A DNA stretch of 64,000 nucleotides. Origin: Epithemia pelagica (taxonomy: Eukaryota; Protista; Bacillariophyta). Within the stretch, counting starts at the first letter, position 1, and every line of letters starts with the position of its first letter. Under the pieces are notes generated by a model. The model was not told where the DNA came from and made no database searches. It was given only the letters and a program-made list of their open reading frames with translations. Made by a program: the position numbers and the translations under genes. The stretch spans positions 6,200,001 to 6,264,000 of the forward strand of contig OX337229.1 in assembly GCA_946965045.2 (NCBI GenBank), written 5' to 3'. This document shows positions 46,645 to 58,602 of this stretch, one piece after another.

Positions 46645-47929
46645 TATGATCTATTCTATTTCAACGCTGCCCGCCTCGCTCGCAAGGATCATACTCCCTT
46701 TACTTCCGAATGAGCCAAAGTGGTTAAATCGTCTAAAATGTTGGTTTCTTCGCACACGCTGAGAATTGAAACCGCCAAGGCGGTATAGGACGGCTGAGTT
46801 CAGTATCCGTCGTATTCAGGAGCAACATACCCCCAAGCATGTAAGTGAGTCACGCGTGATCGCATGCACTGCGGGGCCCATTCTATCGACGCGCGAAAGC
46901 GCGATTTTGGTGCTCATGCTCACCAAAATTCCTTCCAAATCACATCGCGCTTTCACGCAGGCCATTCTATCAAAACGCGATTTTGCGATTGCGCTCATTA
47001 TATGCATGTGCGACCGGACCCGAAAATCGAAAGATAGCACGAGTAGCTTTTGCCCTAGTTACCCCTACTCCTAGATAGCTTTTACAAACCATAGCTTTTG
47101 TTTATGCCATTGTCGCATTTACGCAAGATGAGGAACAAACCTTGCAAACAAGCAACACCTCGAACATGGATCCATATCGAATGACAATGGGTGTACTAAA
47201 GAAGGCTACTTGGGCCACGGATTGGGTTCGTGTGACCTTGGAAAGACAAAGGCCTACAAGGTCACGACAATGGTCATGCCTGTACATTTGCGAATATCGT
47301 GTTCATCGGCACTAATACCACTGTAAATCAACCCATATCCCACCTGGTATTATACAGATACCACCAATCCCACAGCAGCATACATGTGTGCACAACGACA
47401 GTATGAGAAAACACATGGAATCATGGATACAACACAAACATGACAACCACCTCTCGGCAAATGTCCCTAGTGTCTTGTGCGTGTGTGTGCACGTACCGTA
47501 CTAAAGGTGGTCCAACTCGAAACAAAGGCATCAACACAAAGGCATCGGTAAAGTAATCTGCTTCATAAAAGTCCACGCCAGCCAAACACTTGGGATGATG
47601 ATGTCCCAATCCGTTCAAGACTGCGGCAAAGAGCAAGGTCGAGACCAAGAATCCGATGGCGGCACTCAAAAAACGGCAGCAAAACTGGACCGGAAAGACC
47701 AATGCAAATAATGAACCACCCAGGAATGCAAGGTAATACCCAACCACGAACAAGCACCCCCGCCATAATGCAAATCCGTCGGACTGTGCGACAGTCAAGA
47801 TAAGGATGACTTTTTCTTGCGAATGGTATCGGGTCGACGAGTACGCCGCCATTGCAAGGACGACGATGATCGACCAAACCCACACCATCCCAATCCACAC
47901 GAGGAATTCCGACATCGTGTGTCGGGTCT

Positions 47930-48850
47930 GTGTTCGAATTCGATGCCAGCAATCTCAATCTTTTGAATGGCGGTGTTCCGGTTCCGGTTCCTTTCCCTGA
48001 TGGTACAAATTTCTTCTACATCGCCGCGAACGTACAACCAAGTCCTGAAGAACCGCGGCCCAAATTCTTTCTCGTCTTTATTGGGATTGCGATTTTGTTG
48101 CTGCTTGTTGGATTGGTGGTCGGAAAATTGGACCTTCGGCGTACCTTGACGGCTGTTCCAGAAGAAACGAACCACAACAACAAGTGCTTTCTCCTCACGT
48201 CTCAGCAAGGAGGCCAATCACACGTGCCAAACAAGGGCGCTTCTTTGACACAAGCGGATCAAACCTTGGAAGACCTTGTTGCTCGTATGGAGACTGGCCA
48301 AACGTTCTCGACCGATATACTCCAGTCTCTCTACACGTCATTGTTGTCCGGCCTTGTGGATGATTCAGCAAGTCAAGACGGACTGGATATGGATTCAATG
48401 GTCCAAGATGCGATTGAATTTATTGATACCAACAAGGATGGTTCCATTGATACTTGGGAAATGGAGCATATTCAGCTCCCGGCCGGAAAATCAGGAAAGT
48501 TTTTGTTCGACGATGTAGTGGCCTGCACCGGTGTTGCAACTGGCGCCGAGGGCAGTGAAGCCGCTCTGGATGATCTCTGTATCACGGCGGACAATGTGGT
48601 GGATTTTGTCAACTTGTTTTTTGGTGGTTCTTCTGTAGTCAGTCCCGAATTGGCCCAACACATTCAAGAGGAGAGTGGAGCCGATACTTGTTTTACACGG
48701 ACGGAATTTGAGAACTTGTTCCAGTCATCCTTGTCTGCCAACAACAACCAGACCTCCTTATTGTCGGGTGCGGGTGTGACACTGCCCATGAATCCGTTCT
48801 CACTGGTGTTTGAGATTGGAATGGCCATGATGGTGTTTGGTCTCTCCTAA
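47930..48850 (+). CDS. Hypothetical membrane protein with an EF-hand-like loop
   Basis: Hydrophobic stretch FFLVFIGIAILLLLVGLVV; loop FIDTNKDGSIDTWEM; hydrophobic C-terminus. The 5' end is uncertain. Confidence 0.5.
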   Translation: MFEFDASNLNLLNGGVPVPVPFPDGTNFFYIAANVQPSPEEPRPKFFLVFIGIAILLLLVGLVVGKLDLRRTLTAVPEETNHNNKCFLLTSQQGGQSHVPNKGASLTQADQTLEDLVARMETGQTFSTDILQSLYTSLLSGLVDDSASQDGLDMDSMVQDAIEFIDTNKDGSIDTWEMEHIQLPAGKSGKFLFDDVVACTGVATGAEGSEAALDDLCITADNVVDFVNLFFGGSSVVSPELAQHIQEESGADTCFTRTEFENLFQSSLSANNNQTSLLSGAGVTLPMNPFSLVFEIGMAMMVFGLS

Positions 48851-49740
48851 GTGCTAGGTCAGCCACAGTCGAAGGATCTACTATGTTGAATCTAATTCAG
48901 AAGTAACCATGTTTCTGTTTGTCTTCATGTTCCTGCCGTACAAGTATTTTGAAAAAGTTGAGTATAGGTTTCCTTGTTGATGGATAAGAGGGTAATACCT
49001 TACATTCCAGCAATGTCCAAGTACGTCCTCGGCCTAATCCAATTTGCCCATGAATGCCTTCAAACACAAATAGTCACTATCATTGGCAAAAATCACAACA
49101 TGATATTCATCGCTTTGAATGCCGGCACTACCATTGTCGTAGACAGGGAGATGAAGGACTCGCCTCTACTAGATAGAGAGGTATTAGTGGTAGTGGATGA
49201 GCCCACATGAACTAGAGATTATGTGATGTTTGCAAAATTTCCCTGCTTTGAATGCGACATCATTCCTCTAGTTCATAGCAAGGGAACCATGAATGGTTGG
49301 ACTGATTCCAACCTACTAAGCTCGCCAGAACTTATCTATCCCGCAAACATCCAAACGAGGGCGAAATCCTACGATTACTATTGATGAGGAAAGGGTAGCT
49401 CGAGAAGCACCTTGCATTCGCTCGTGTCCCCATGACGATTCCACTTCCACCGAATACGAGTGGAGTGGAGTCGCTACCAGTAGTCGCTAGACGATAGCGA
49501 ATGGTAGCGATGTTTTTGCCCCGCACTTTTCTGTTCCCCAACCAAAACCACAAGAGAGAGGGATATCTACGCATTTTCGCCGCCAAATTATGGGGGAATG
49601 AGAGAGAGAACATGGTCAGCATGATGGCGGCCAATGATTGATTTTGGATTGTTTTGCCATGGGCGAACCATGAAGAAACAACCACAAGATCCTGCTGAGG
49701 AGGGTCGTTGACCATACGAACCGACCTCATATACTCCTCA

Positions 49741-51138
49741 TCATTTTGGATCATTGTTGCTAAAAGAAAAAGAAGGAGAATGATCGAGGCTCGTCTTGTC
49801 CTTTTTGCCATGCCACCACATCTTGTTGTGATGCGGGTTCTTGTTCCACCACCACCTCTTAGGGTGACGCTGCAGCTGCTGGTTCGGCTCGGTTTGGTTC
49901 ACCACCATTCTTCGATTACGGGACGAGTAGTACTCTGGAAAGGACCAGGCCAGGTCTGTGGAGTCCTTTCCTTGTGGTTTTTTTGGCAACTCGTGGAGGA
50001 TTCGCATCAAGGCTTTTTTGTTTTGGGCCGTGGTACCCGTTTGTTGCAAGCGATCCAACACAATGTTGCGCAGATTGCTGGACAAGGCTCGATCCAAGGC
50101 TTGCACGTGCAATTGTTCGACACCAAAGGTTTGAAACAACCAGGACCAACCCAAGGGAGGATCATGGTTTGTACGAGTGTCTGTTTTGTGATTGTAGTAC
50201 TTATTTGAATGGCGATTGCCTCGTCGTTTCCCACCCATGGCAGTAATACTCCTCACCCACGACGACGACGCCAGTGTCACGGCCCGCACGACAGCCACCT
50301 GTGTCGCCGCACCAGTCGGTGCTTGCAGGCGAGACCAACATTGAAACTGCACAAATTCACAGGGTGGCAATTGTCGCACCACTTGCGAGCGAGAAAGAAG
50401 AGTCGCTTTTGTACTGACATGGCTGCTACGGCTGATAGGAGGATTCTCGGACGAAAAGGACCAGGACAATGATCCTGTTTCGGCATCCGTTTCGTCTCCC
50501 CGCCCACGATCTGTACTGCTCCTGCTTGTCCTGCGGCTGCTGCTTGTCGGCAAATGATGCGGCCAGGTTCCGACATCATAACCAATGGTAAAGGCAGCCG
50601 TCGGACACGAGGTCAAATACGAGGCTGTGGAAGAAACAATCCTGGAGTCAACGGAATGGGGCTTGTCGTCGTCCTCCTCTAAATCACGTTCTGGATGTGC
50701 ATGTGTTGGAGGTCGTTTCTTGGCATAATTCCAAACATAGAAGCGACTAGCAGTACTCGAGGAACGATTCTCTGGAATGTCCTGTTGGTTCTTCTTTTTC
50801 TTCTTGCTGGTGTGCTGTTGTCGCTGGTGATGGTGGTTGTTTGGATGCAACCCTCCGTGCTTGTTTCCGTGCTTGTTGCATTCGTAGATTGGGCACAGCC
50901 TCGGGCACGACCATTTTTCGTCCAGTCGTGGTCGTTGTGGCCGCTCGTCAATAATGACGCTGTGTGACTCAACGTTTGTCGCATGGCGGAAGGAGAAGAA
51001 CGACCACGCGATCTTCGACTGCCACCACAGCTCCACGGTATCCACTCGAAGCAGCAGCAGCACCGCCACCATTGTCGCCGACAACAGAAGCTGTGTCGTC
51101 GTCTTCTGACAGATACTTCCTTGATGCTTCAAAACCAC
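49741..51138 (-). CDS. Hypothetical type II membrane/secreted protein, possibly continuing into 49332-49811
   Basis: 465-aa ORF with an N-terminal hydrophobic segment; no family recognised; structure uncertain. Confidence 0.4.
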   Translation of the reverse strand: MVLKHQGSICQKTTTQLLLSATMVAVLLLLRVDTVELWWQSKIAWSFFSFRHATNVESHSVIIDERPQRPRLDEKWSCPRLCPIYECNKHGNKHGGLHPNNHHHQRQQHTSKKKKKNQQDIPENRSSSTASRFYVWNYAKKRPPTHAHPERDLEEDDDKPHSVDSRIVSSTASYLTSCPTAAFTIGYDVGTWPHHLPTSSSRRTSRSSTDRGRGDETDAETGSLSWSFSSENPPISRSSHVSTKATLLSRSQVVRQLPPCEFVQFQCWSRLQAPTGAATQVAVVRAVTLASSSWVRSITAMGGKRRGNRHSNKYYNHKTDTRTNHDPPLGWSWLFQTFGVEQLHVQALDRALSSNLRNIVLDRLQQTGTTAQNKKALMRILHELPKKPQGKDSTDLAWSFPEYYSSRNRRMVVNQTEPNQQLQRHPKRWWWNKNPHHNKMWWHGKKDKTSLDHSPSFSFSNNDPK

Positions 51139-51609
51139 CCGTCTGATTGCCGTGTTTCAATTTCCGGGTCGTCCATCATTCCTTGACCCGAATTGAATCT
51201 TTCTCCGTCGTTCCTCCATTGTGATCTTTATCTTTCCATCGTTATCTGTCTTCATTGTTGATATTCTTGTCACGACTTTCCCTCATCACTCATCAAACTG
51301 GAAGACATTGCAAATGTAGTTGTAGCTCGATCAAACTATCCAACTCATCGCCGCCCTTTTCAACCTTCACGGTACAGTCCATTCTGAGGCATGCTTGATG
51401 GTCGGAGGAGTGCTAGCACCTTTCGTTGGAGGTGCACTGCGGCTTTACTGTTCATGGTGATGGTGGTGCTATAAGCTATTATGCATTGGTGCGATCGTGA
51501 GCCGGGAGCTCGTAACGTCATTCAACGTCAAGTTACAGGCTTCGACAGAAAAATGGCTTGTAGAGGTCATAGATTGATGGTTGGGAGTCTTACATTATTA
51601 GTAACGATA

Positions 51610-52486
51610 CGTCAAGGGTGAGTCGCCACTCACATTTTACGCGGTTGGAGGTGCACCTCAAAATCATACCATGACTGACCATTAAAATAATCATTGCTAT
51701 ATCATTGCCATATATATTTAACCGTTTCATCAACCGCCATGTTTGCTCAATTGTACTTTTTACTCTAGTGTCCATCCGTTTTCGGTACAGCTGGTCTTTC
51801 TGGAAATTCCCACCCCAGACCCCAAGCCTTACGGCCCACCCGTCCCGTTCATACTGAACTCAGACGAATTGAGCGATTGTGATATGTGTACTGAAATACA
51901 ATATGAGTGCCAATCGAGAGATATAAGGGCTTCTGCTTTTATCGTATACCAATATGCTATTATCAATACCACATGCATCCTGGTCAGCAGAACGAACGAA
52001 GAAAAACAAAATTCATAATATATGCTTTCCTAGTCAATTTATAATTCTTTGTTGCTGTATGATGATAATATGAATTTAACTCTGCCGTTGTAGCGATTCA
52101 TGCCCGTTATCGAACACAGCAATTCTCTCTAACGTCTTGCTACCTGTTCCTACGAGCTTTCAAACAAAAAGTCTTGTTTCAGTCATTCCAGAACGGTTGG
52201 GCGTCCTACATTACTACTAGAGATTCGTCAAGGGTAAGTCCCCACTCACATTTTACGCGGTTGGAGGTGCACCTCCAAATCATACCATGACTGACCATTA
52301 AAATATTCATTGCTATATCATTGCCATATATATTTAACCGTTTCATCAACCGCCATGTCTGCTCAATTGTACTTTTTACTCTAGTGTCCGTCCGTTTTCG
52401 GTACAGCTGGTCTTTCTGGAAATTCCCACCCCAGACCCCAAGCCTTCCGGCCCACCCGTCCCGTTCATACTGAACTCAGACGAATT
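51610..52486 (+). repeat. 261-bp direct repeat pair (51610-51870 and 52226-52486), about 7 mismatches; each looks like exon end + intron + exon start
   Basis: Direct comparison. Each copy has AAGG|GT(G/A)AGT and ...GGTACAG|CTG splice-like sites. Confidence 0.85.
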
Positions 52487-52780
52487 TACCGCTTGTACAC
52501 TGGTTCAGAAAAGAGCCTCCCCAAAATTCCATGGGTTGATGGTAGCTTCCATAGCTAGAGGTATCACAGACCTGATTCATTCCGATGGTCTGGTCGCAAG
52601 GATAACTATGAAACATGAATCGATAGAATGGTAAAGGAGGAGCCTTCCGAATGGCATTCATGTTCCTAATATGAGTAGAGCGAAAAGTTTGGTTGGGGCG
52701 TCTAAACAAGAACCAAGTACTCTCGTGTAATGATCAAGCTAGGTAAGTTATACTCCTAGAGGTAGTCAGTCGGACACCAC

Positions 52781-53898
52781 TTACTCCGACACAAACGAAA
52801 CTGCGGCAAGGACACCAAGTGCAACCATAGACATCCACGGCATGGCAACGATTGTTGCAGAGGATTCCTGATCACCATCAGCTTCCACGTCTGGCGGGCA
52901 ACAGGGCTGAGGACGAGCAAATCCAAAGTCAAAGGTTCCCGACACAAAGACTAGATCCAAGGATTGTGCTTCGGTACGATACGTGTCCAGGTCCGCATCG
53001 CTTCCCGTCAACTGAAGACTGACAAATGCTGCGTCCGCAATTTGGACCAAGTCGGGAAACTGAGTGACGGCCGTATTGGTCAAGTGGAACAGGGCCGCGT
53101 CGATATCCCGAAAGTCATTGCGCACAAAAAAAGCTAGTTCCATTCTCTCCATCAAAGAAACGGACCGAAAAGGCATCCGGTTCTTCTTCCTCCATGGTGG
53201 CCAAGATCGTGTCATGAATCAATTTCACTTGAGCGAGGTTGCCATCCTCCTTGGGTACCCATTTGTAGAAAACCGTGACAGCTTCGGAAAGAGGAGCAAG
53301 TTGACGGAGGTTATCGGTCGGATCGCACTCTTGTTCATCGGCAATTGCGTCGAGAAATCGGAATTGCGGTACTTGATCCGGATCATCAATCGCGCAACAG
53401 AGCAAGGGACGTTCGAGTCCGTCGTCCAAAGTGGCAAACTCTGCCGGAATGCCTGCGGCCGACATGGCTTGTTGAAATTCCAGAGGGACGCTTCCCAGAA
53501 TGAAAAAGGTACTGGGCGTGGCCAGCTGTGTCAAAAAGGCAAATTTGGGTGCCACCGTATTGGTAAAGTGAAAGCCAAAGGCATTGGCATCGACAAAGGT
53601 TTCTCGAATATGAAAGGCATTGAGCGCGTCATCGACATAGGCCACGGCCTCCAATGTTCCTGGCTTGCTCTTGCTCTTGAATGTCTTGTAACATGAGTTG
53701 CAACTCGTTCCGAAGCGTATCCAAGGTAGCCGAGTCTGCTGCGGTAAAACTATACGTGACAGTCACCTGATTGGGATCAATGGTTTCAATGGGAGCTTCA
53801 AGCAGACATTCCGGGGGGTTGTCTTCGTTGGCCAAGACATTGCTCAAACTCGAAATCGATAGAAGCAAGTAAGTCGCAGTGGTGAAGAAAGACTTCAT
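52781..53898 (-). pseudogene. Secreted, possibly GPI-anchored protein broken by two frameshifts (about 53655 and 53130)
   Basis: Signal peptide MKSFFTTATYLLLSISSLSNVLA; three overlapping ORFs; hydrophobic C-terminal tail SSATIVAMPWMSMVALGVLAAVSF. The second shift is an extra T in a T7 run. Confidence 0.7.
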
Positions 53899-55152
53899 GG
53901 TGTTTGTTATGGTTCTTAGGGAGATCTTTTGTAGTCAAGGGGAGAACAAAAGACGCAAAGCAACAAGCGTTAGAAAATCATGTTGGCGATGAGGGATCTT
54001 GAACGGATACTCTATAAACAACCAGAAATTACAAGCGCTTGTGATACTCTTGTCTCCCCAAGTCAACCACTTGCTTCTAGTTCCACTTCTCGTATTGTAC
54101 ACATAAGGAACCTACCTTTTAAGATGGAATGTAACTGTTGCAAACTCTGCAAACAAAGTTTTTATGAGCTCCAATGCAGACGAGCTCTTCTGTGGGTCGA
54201 CCCCGTGGATATTGGTATCAGTAGCATTGCAGCAACTAATTTCCATTTTCACTTTTCACGCCGCAAACTTGTAGCAATGATTCGCTCATCCGAAACAAAG
54301 GGAATTCGGAAGCAGCATCCGGAGCTTCCGACGCAAGCCAGACCATATGCTTAGGCGAAGCCGGCGGATACACAATAGCCTTTTGGTCTTGGTCACGCGA
54401 ATATGCCTTCCCAGCGCCCGGCGGACAGCCGCATCTCGCTATAGAGCTCGTTGACTACAAAATCGGGAATTTGCAAACAAAACAATCGCGGCGGAGCAAT
54501 GAAATGGCTATACCTAGTAAAGAGATTGAAGAATCTCTCGAATCCGAACAACCATCTCCGTGATGGTGGATATCCACTTGACAGATACTCTTCCGTGGGT
54601 AAAAAAGTGTCTGTTTATGCCTCGAGTGACTTTCTAGCATGCCTTGCCCCAGTTGTTCCTTCAAGAATGACCATAATGGTATACACCTCTCCGTTAGCAA
54701 CAGCATCCTTATCCTCTTTGGGGGGAGCCATTGCTAGTCATTCGTGATTTGTGAGCATCTTCAATTCACATAAAAAAACAGCACAATTCGAGTCATCATG
54801 GTCCAAACGCTCAGGGCCCTGAGGTGGAAAGAATGTATCCGTATTGGTTGTTCTTGAATTGATGAATCTCAAGGTTCAACTTGGAGTACTGACAACACGC
54901 AGTGTCATCTATCCTCATCCCTAAGCTGGTATCTTCGCGAAAGACTTACCGCAGATCAGTCGCTGACAAGATCGAAGAATCTATCCACTCTTTGATTTGG
55001 TCCGATAGCTTTGAGGGTATCTTTTTTGTCAAAGAACTCTTGACATTTGAACGGCTGTCGTTGGCCGGTGATCCCCTTGATGGTTGTTGCGAATTACTCC
55101 GATTGCCAATCCATTCTACGATCGTCTCCTTTCCATTGAATCGCGAACAGCA

Positions 55153-56070
55153 ATGTTTTCGAAAGCGCTGGCGACGCGTCGGCTTTTCCTGTCGGCAAGC
55201 AGCAGCATTCGCAGAACACCGACAATAACCTCCTTGGGGTCCATCCCACAACAGTGTCGTGAGATGCTGTCACCTACATTGCAGAGTTGGTTCTCATCTT
55301 CTGCACAAGCGACTACAACAAAACCTGTCCAGTTTCTGTATTTGAACAACCTACATGACAATCCAGGGGCGGTGAAAAAGAAAAAGCGTGTGGGCCGTGG
55401 AAATGGTTCGGGTCGAGGAAAAACCTGTGGACGAGGTCAAAAAGGTCAAAAGGCACGATCGGGCAGTTCCATTCCGGCTTGGTTTGAAGGTGGTCAAACT
55501 CCACTCCACAAGCGTTTGCCCAAGCGTGGCTTCAAATCGAAAAAGAAGAAACCGATTGCTCTCAATCTGGGAACTGTTCTGGACCATGTCGCCATGGGAC
55601 GTCTCCCGGGAGTGGGCGATTCCGAACTGAACCCAATCAACATGTGGCATATGATCGAAGCCGGAATGATTACACCCAACACGACATTGAAACGTGGTGG
55701 TATCAAACTTTTGGCACAAGGCAAAGAACGCATCGACACTCCTCTCCACTTGCTGGTTGGCTGGGCCTCCAAAGAGGCTATTGCGGCCGTGGAACGTGCC
55801 GGAGGAACCGTCACCACCTTTCACTACAACAAGTTGGCCTTAAGAGAACATGTACGAGGACCGGACAAGTACAAACATCGACAAGCCCGGCCTCCACCGA
55901 AATACCAGCCATATTATACCAGTATGCACTGCCGAGGCTATCTCCATCCCGGAATGCAGTTGCGAAAATGGTTTCTAGATCCTGCCAATCAACATCTCAA
56001 GGCCAAATTTGATGAGTTGATAAAAGAGAATAAGGAGAATCGCGTCCAAACGGAAACGGGAGAAGATTAA
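55153..56070 (+). CDS. MRPL15: Mitochondrial ribosomal protein uL15m precursor
   Basis: [41 protein letters not shown] and [17 protein letters not shown]; Arg/Ser-rich targeting peptide [21 protein letters not shown]; C-terminal YY...RGYL extension. Confidence 0.92.
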   Translation: MFSKALATRRLFLSASSSIRRTPTITSLGSIPQQCREMLSPTLQSWFSSSAQATTTKPVQFLYLNNLHDNPGAVKKKKRVGRGNGSGRGKTCGRGQKGQKARSGSSIPAWFEGGQTPLHKRLPKRGFKSKKKKPIALNLGTVLDHVAMGRLPGVGDSELNPINMWHMIEAGMITPNTTLKRGGIKLLAQGKERIDTPLHLLVGWASKEAIAAVERAGGTVTTFHYNKLALREHVRGPDKYKHRQARPPPKYQPYYTSMHCRGYLHPGMQLRKWFLDPANQHLKAKFDELIKENKENRVQTETGED

Positions 56071-56166
56071 TTGGATGCACTGTAAATCTCAATAGATACA
56101 AAAAGGAATATTGCCAAGGCTGTTCCCCACGTTCCAAAATTGCCATTAACACGCAATCTTTTCATT

Positions 56167-57670
56167 CTAGTGTTTGTGCTTCTCAACGAGTTCCACTTCA
56201 ACCGGATGTTTTAGTGTCCCATCACCGAGCTCGCTTGGATTCGTCGTCTTTCGCAAAAAGGGTAGGAGCGGTCCAAACTTGGATTCTTGTTTGATGGTGA
56301 GAGGACCCAAATTTGGAACCAAAAATCGCCATTCCCAGTTGGAGGGTATGGCATCGGGAACCAAATCGCTTTCAATAACTCCGCGAAGCTGTGAGAATGT
56401 GGATCGCTTCCGAGATTTGAGCCTCACAAAGCCAATATTTGCCTTGTCAGTAGAAGCATTACGAGAACGCACCACCTTACAGTACATTTCGCCATCCTCT
56501 TCTTCTCCATCCGTGGATATGACGGAATCAACTACCGCCGGTGTCTTTGTTCGTTTGGATGAATTTGGCTTTCGTGCCGTAGCTTCCGATCTGTTTGTTG
56601 GTTTGCTGTCTCCAGATGTCGTCGTAGCACGGCGAGCCTTTCGTCGTTGATCACCCGAACTCCCCTGTTCGACCAGTCGTTCCCCTTTTGTTTTCAAATC
56701 CTTGTCTCCCGAAGCACCTGGTGATTAATGGGGAATGAGCGCCGAAGCTCCTTGATGGTTCCAATCCAGACGGAATTCACGCGGTTTACTCTCTTCAATA
56801 CTTGCCGCATGGAGGGCACATCGAAAGGCGGCAAACCGTGCTTTGGAACTGGCTTTGGCCGTTTTTCCAAGATGACAATCGTCCAGAATTCCTTGTTCCC
56901 ATATCATTATTTTCGACTCGGGCAAAATTTCAAAGGGAGCTTCGGCGCATTCAAAGAAATACACGAGATGTTTCTTCCCCAGATTTTTGGTGGCCTCGAC
57001 TCAGGCAGCTCCAATCGTTAACCTCGGATCGTAAATACACGCTGGCCACCATCCATATCCAACCCCTGAAAAAAAAACAGTTCAGCAACTCATTAGATAT
57101 CTGATGTATCCATTTCACTCGAGTATTTATGTTCAATGACTCACCACCCTGTGCCCAACAAATTTCACCAAATCGTGATTTCCAAGCGTCGGGAAGAACT
57201 GTTACCATTACTTCTAAATTGTCACTTTGTTTGCAGCGATCTGAAAAGCAATTCTTGTCAGTTGCCAGTCGGGTCCGTTCATGATATGATACGATTGCAA
57301 ATTAAGGTGGCGTACCACAGTACCATTCATTTTCTGGAATCTTTTCCAAAAGTGGGACAAGGCAGTACGTGTGGTACTCGCCGTTGTAAATCTCACAAAG
57401 CAACAACTTGTCGTGGTCGTTGTCAAGTCCACAGATGAAGCAACCAGATCCACCATTCTCGTCTCCCTCGATAGTATCGTTATTGTTTACTGCCCCTGAG
57501 AAACGAGAATTTTGCGGAACTGCATGGGAGGGCTGATCTTGTACTGCAGTGGAGCGTGTTTGCCAGTTTGATTGACTCAACTTTGTCCCTTGCGTTTGAA
57601 TGAGCCGTCCATCTTTACTTGCCATGGTGCATTGGTCTGCTACGGCTGCTGTACTCCTACTACACTGCAA
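56167..57670 (-). pseudogene. PHD finger + PWWP chromatin-reader gene with two in-frame stops; exons 57670-57316, 57240-57145, 57065-56167
   Basis: Splicing reconstructs the PHD (CFICG...LLLCEIYNGEYHTYCL...EWYCDRC) and the PWWP (FGEICWAQGGVGYGWWPACIYDP...HLVYFF). TGA at 57001-57003 and TAA at 56725-56727 are in frame. Confidence 0.82.
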
Positions 57671-58191
57671 GTCATTTCCAAACCGTTTACCAACAGTTTA
57701 ACTTATACAGTCAATAGTGACAGTTTAAAACTCTTTATAAAAACCCGCCCCCCCAAACCTTATTCGGTTAACCATATTCTCTTATTCTGACAGAAAATCA
57801 CCAATCCAGTTAATAATCGGTAAGTAAAATATAATCAGTTAACCCGGAACGCCTAACTGCTCAAGCTATTCAGTCGATAAGATATTTAATCTGTCACCTC
57901 TCATTATTAGTCAGTCATCAGAGGCATCATCTAACCGGTTAATATTAATCGAAGCAATCAACCGATTATATTGAACTCTTTATTCTGTTAAACTATTCAG
58001 TTACCACATCGTTTTTGTGTGATGGATCGTCGCGGGACATGAGAGATGGAGAGAGAGACGAGATATATATTAATACATAGAGACAGACACACCACAAAGA
58101 GGAGAGGTTGACGAAAGAACTATTATAAATTTATATTTGGTAGTACCAACTCTCATATATCTCTTTATACCATCACGCCACACCTTTTTCC

Positions 58192-58602
58192 TCATACCAC
58201 TCTTGATTTATTACGTGTCCTCATTGATCTCGTACCTGCTCCTGCTTCCATGTCGTCTTGTTTCATTTTCTCTCTCATCAAATTCACGTAACATTCGTTA
58301 CAATATGCATGTTTACATGGATGACCCGTCACACATGCGTTTTTGCAAGCCATTACCGGATTTGTTTGATTTACCTTTTTACCAAGGCCTCCGAACCTTT
58401 GGTTACATTTTACACATGTCGACGGCCAATTTGTATTTCGATTGTAATAGTCTTCTTTGAAATATGTCGACGTGTCTTGCCGAATCAGAAGGCCCAGATC
58501 ATGATTTTCTTTTGGACATTGTACACATTGCTCTCCCTCTTTCGGACTTCCTGCACACTGATGCTTCTTGGCTTGTTTCCGTGGGGAGACTCGTTTCGGT
58601 GG
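58192..58602 (-). pseudogene. 3' part of a Cys/His-rich (Zn-finger-like) gene truncated by Copia element 3
   Basis: CVQC...H...CVKC...CKNAC...CKHAYCNEC. The first five codons of the listed ORF (58603-58617) are LTR sequence. Confidence 0.6.

Noticed and set aside
47421-47958. Hydrophobic minus-strand ORFs
   Set aside because: They abut or overlap the 47930 gene with no promoter space and show no recognisable motifs; probably spurious or decayed.
51610-52486. Direct repeats as LTRs of a TRIM
   Set aside because: No TG...CA ends, PBS, PPT or TSD found.
55084-56070. Bacterial-looking rplO suggesting contamination or HGT
   Set aside because: It has a mitochondrial targeting peptide and a uL15m-type C-terminal extension, and no ribosomal operon context.
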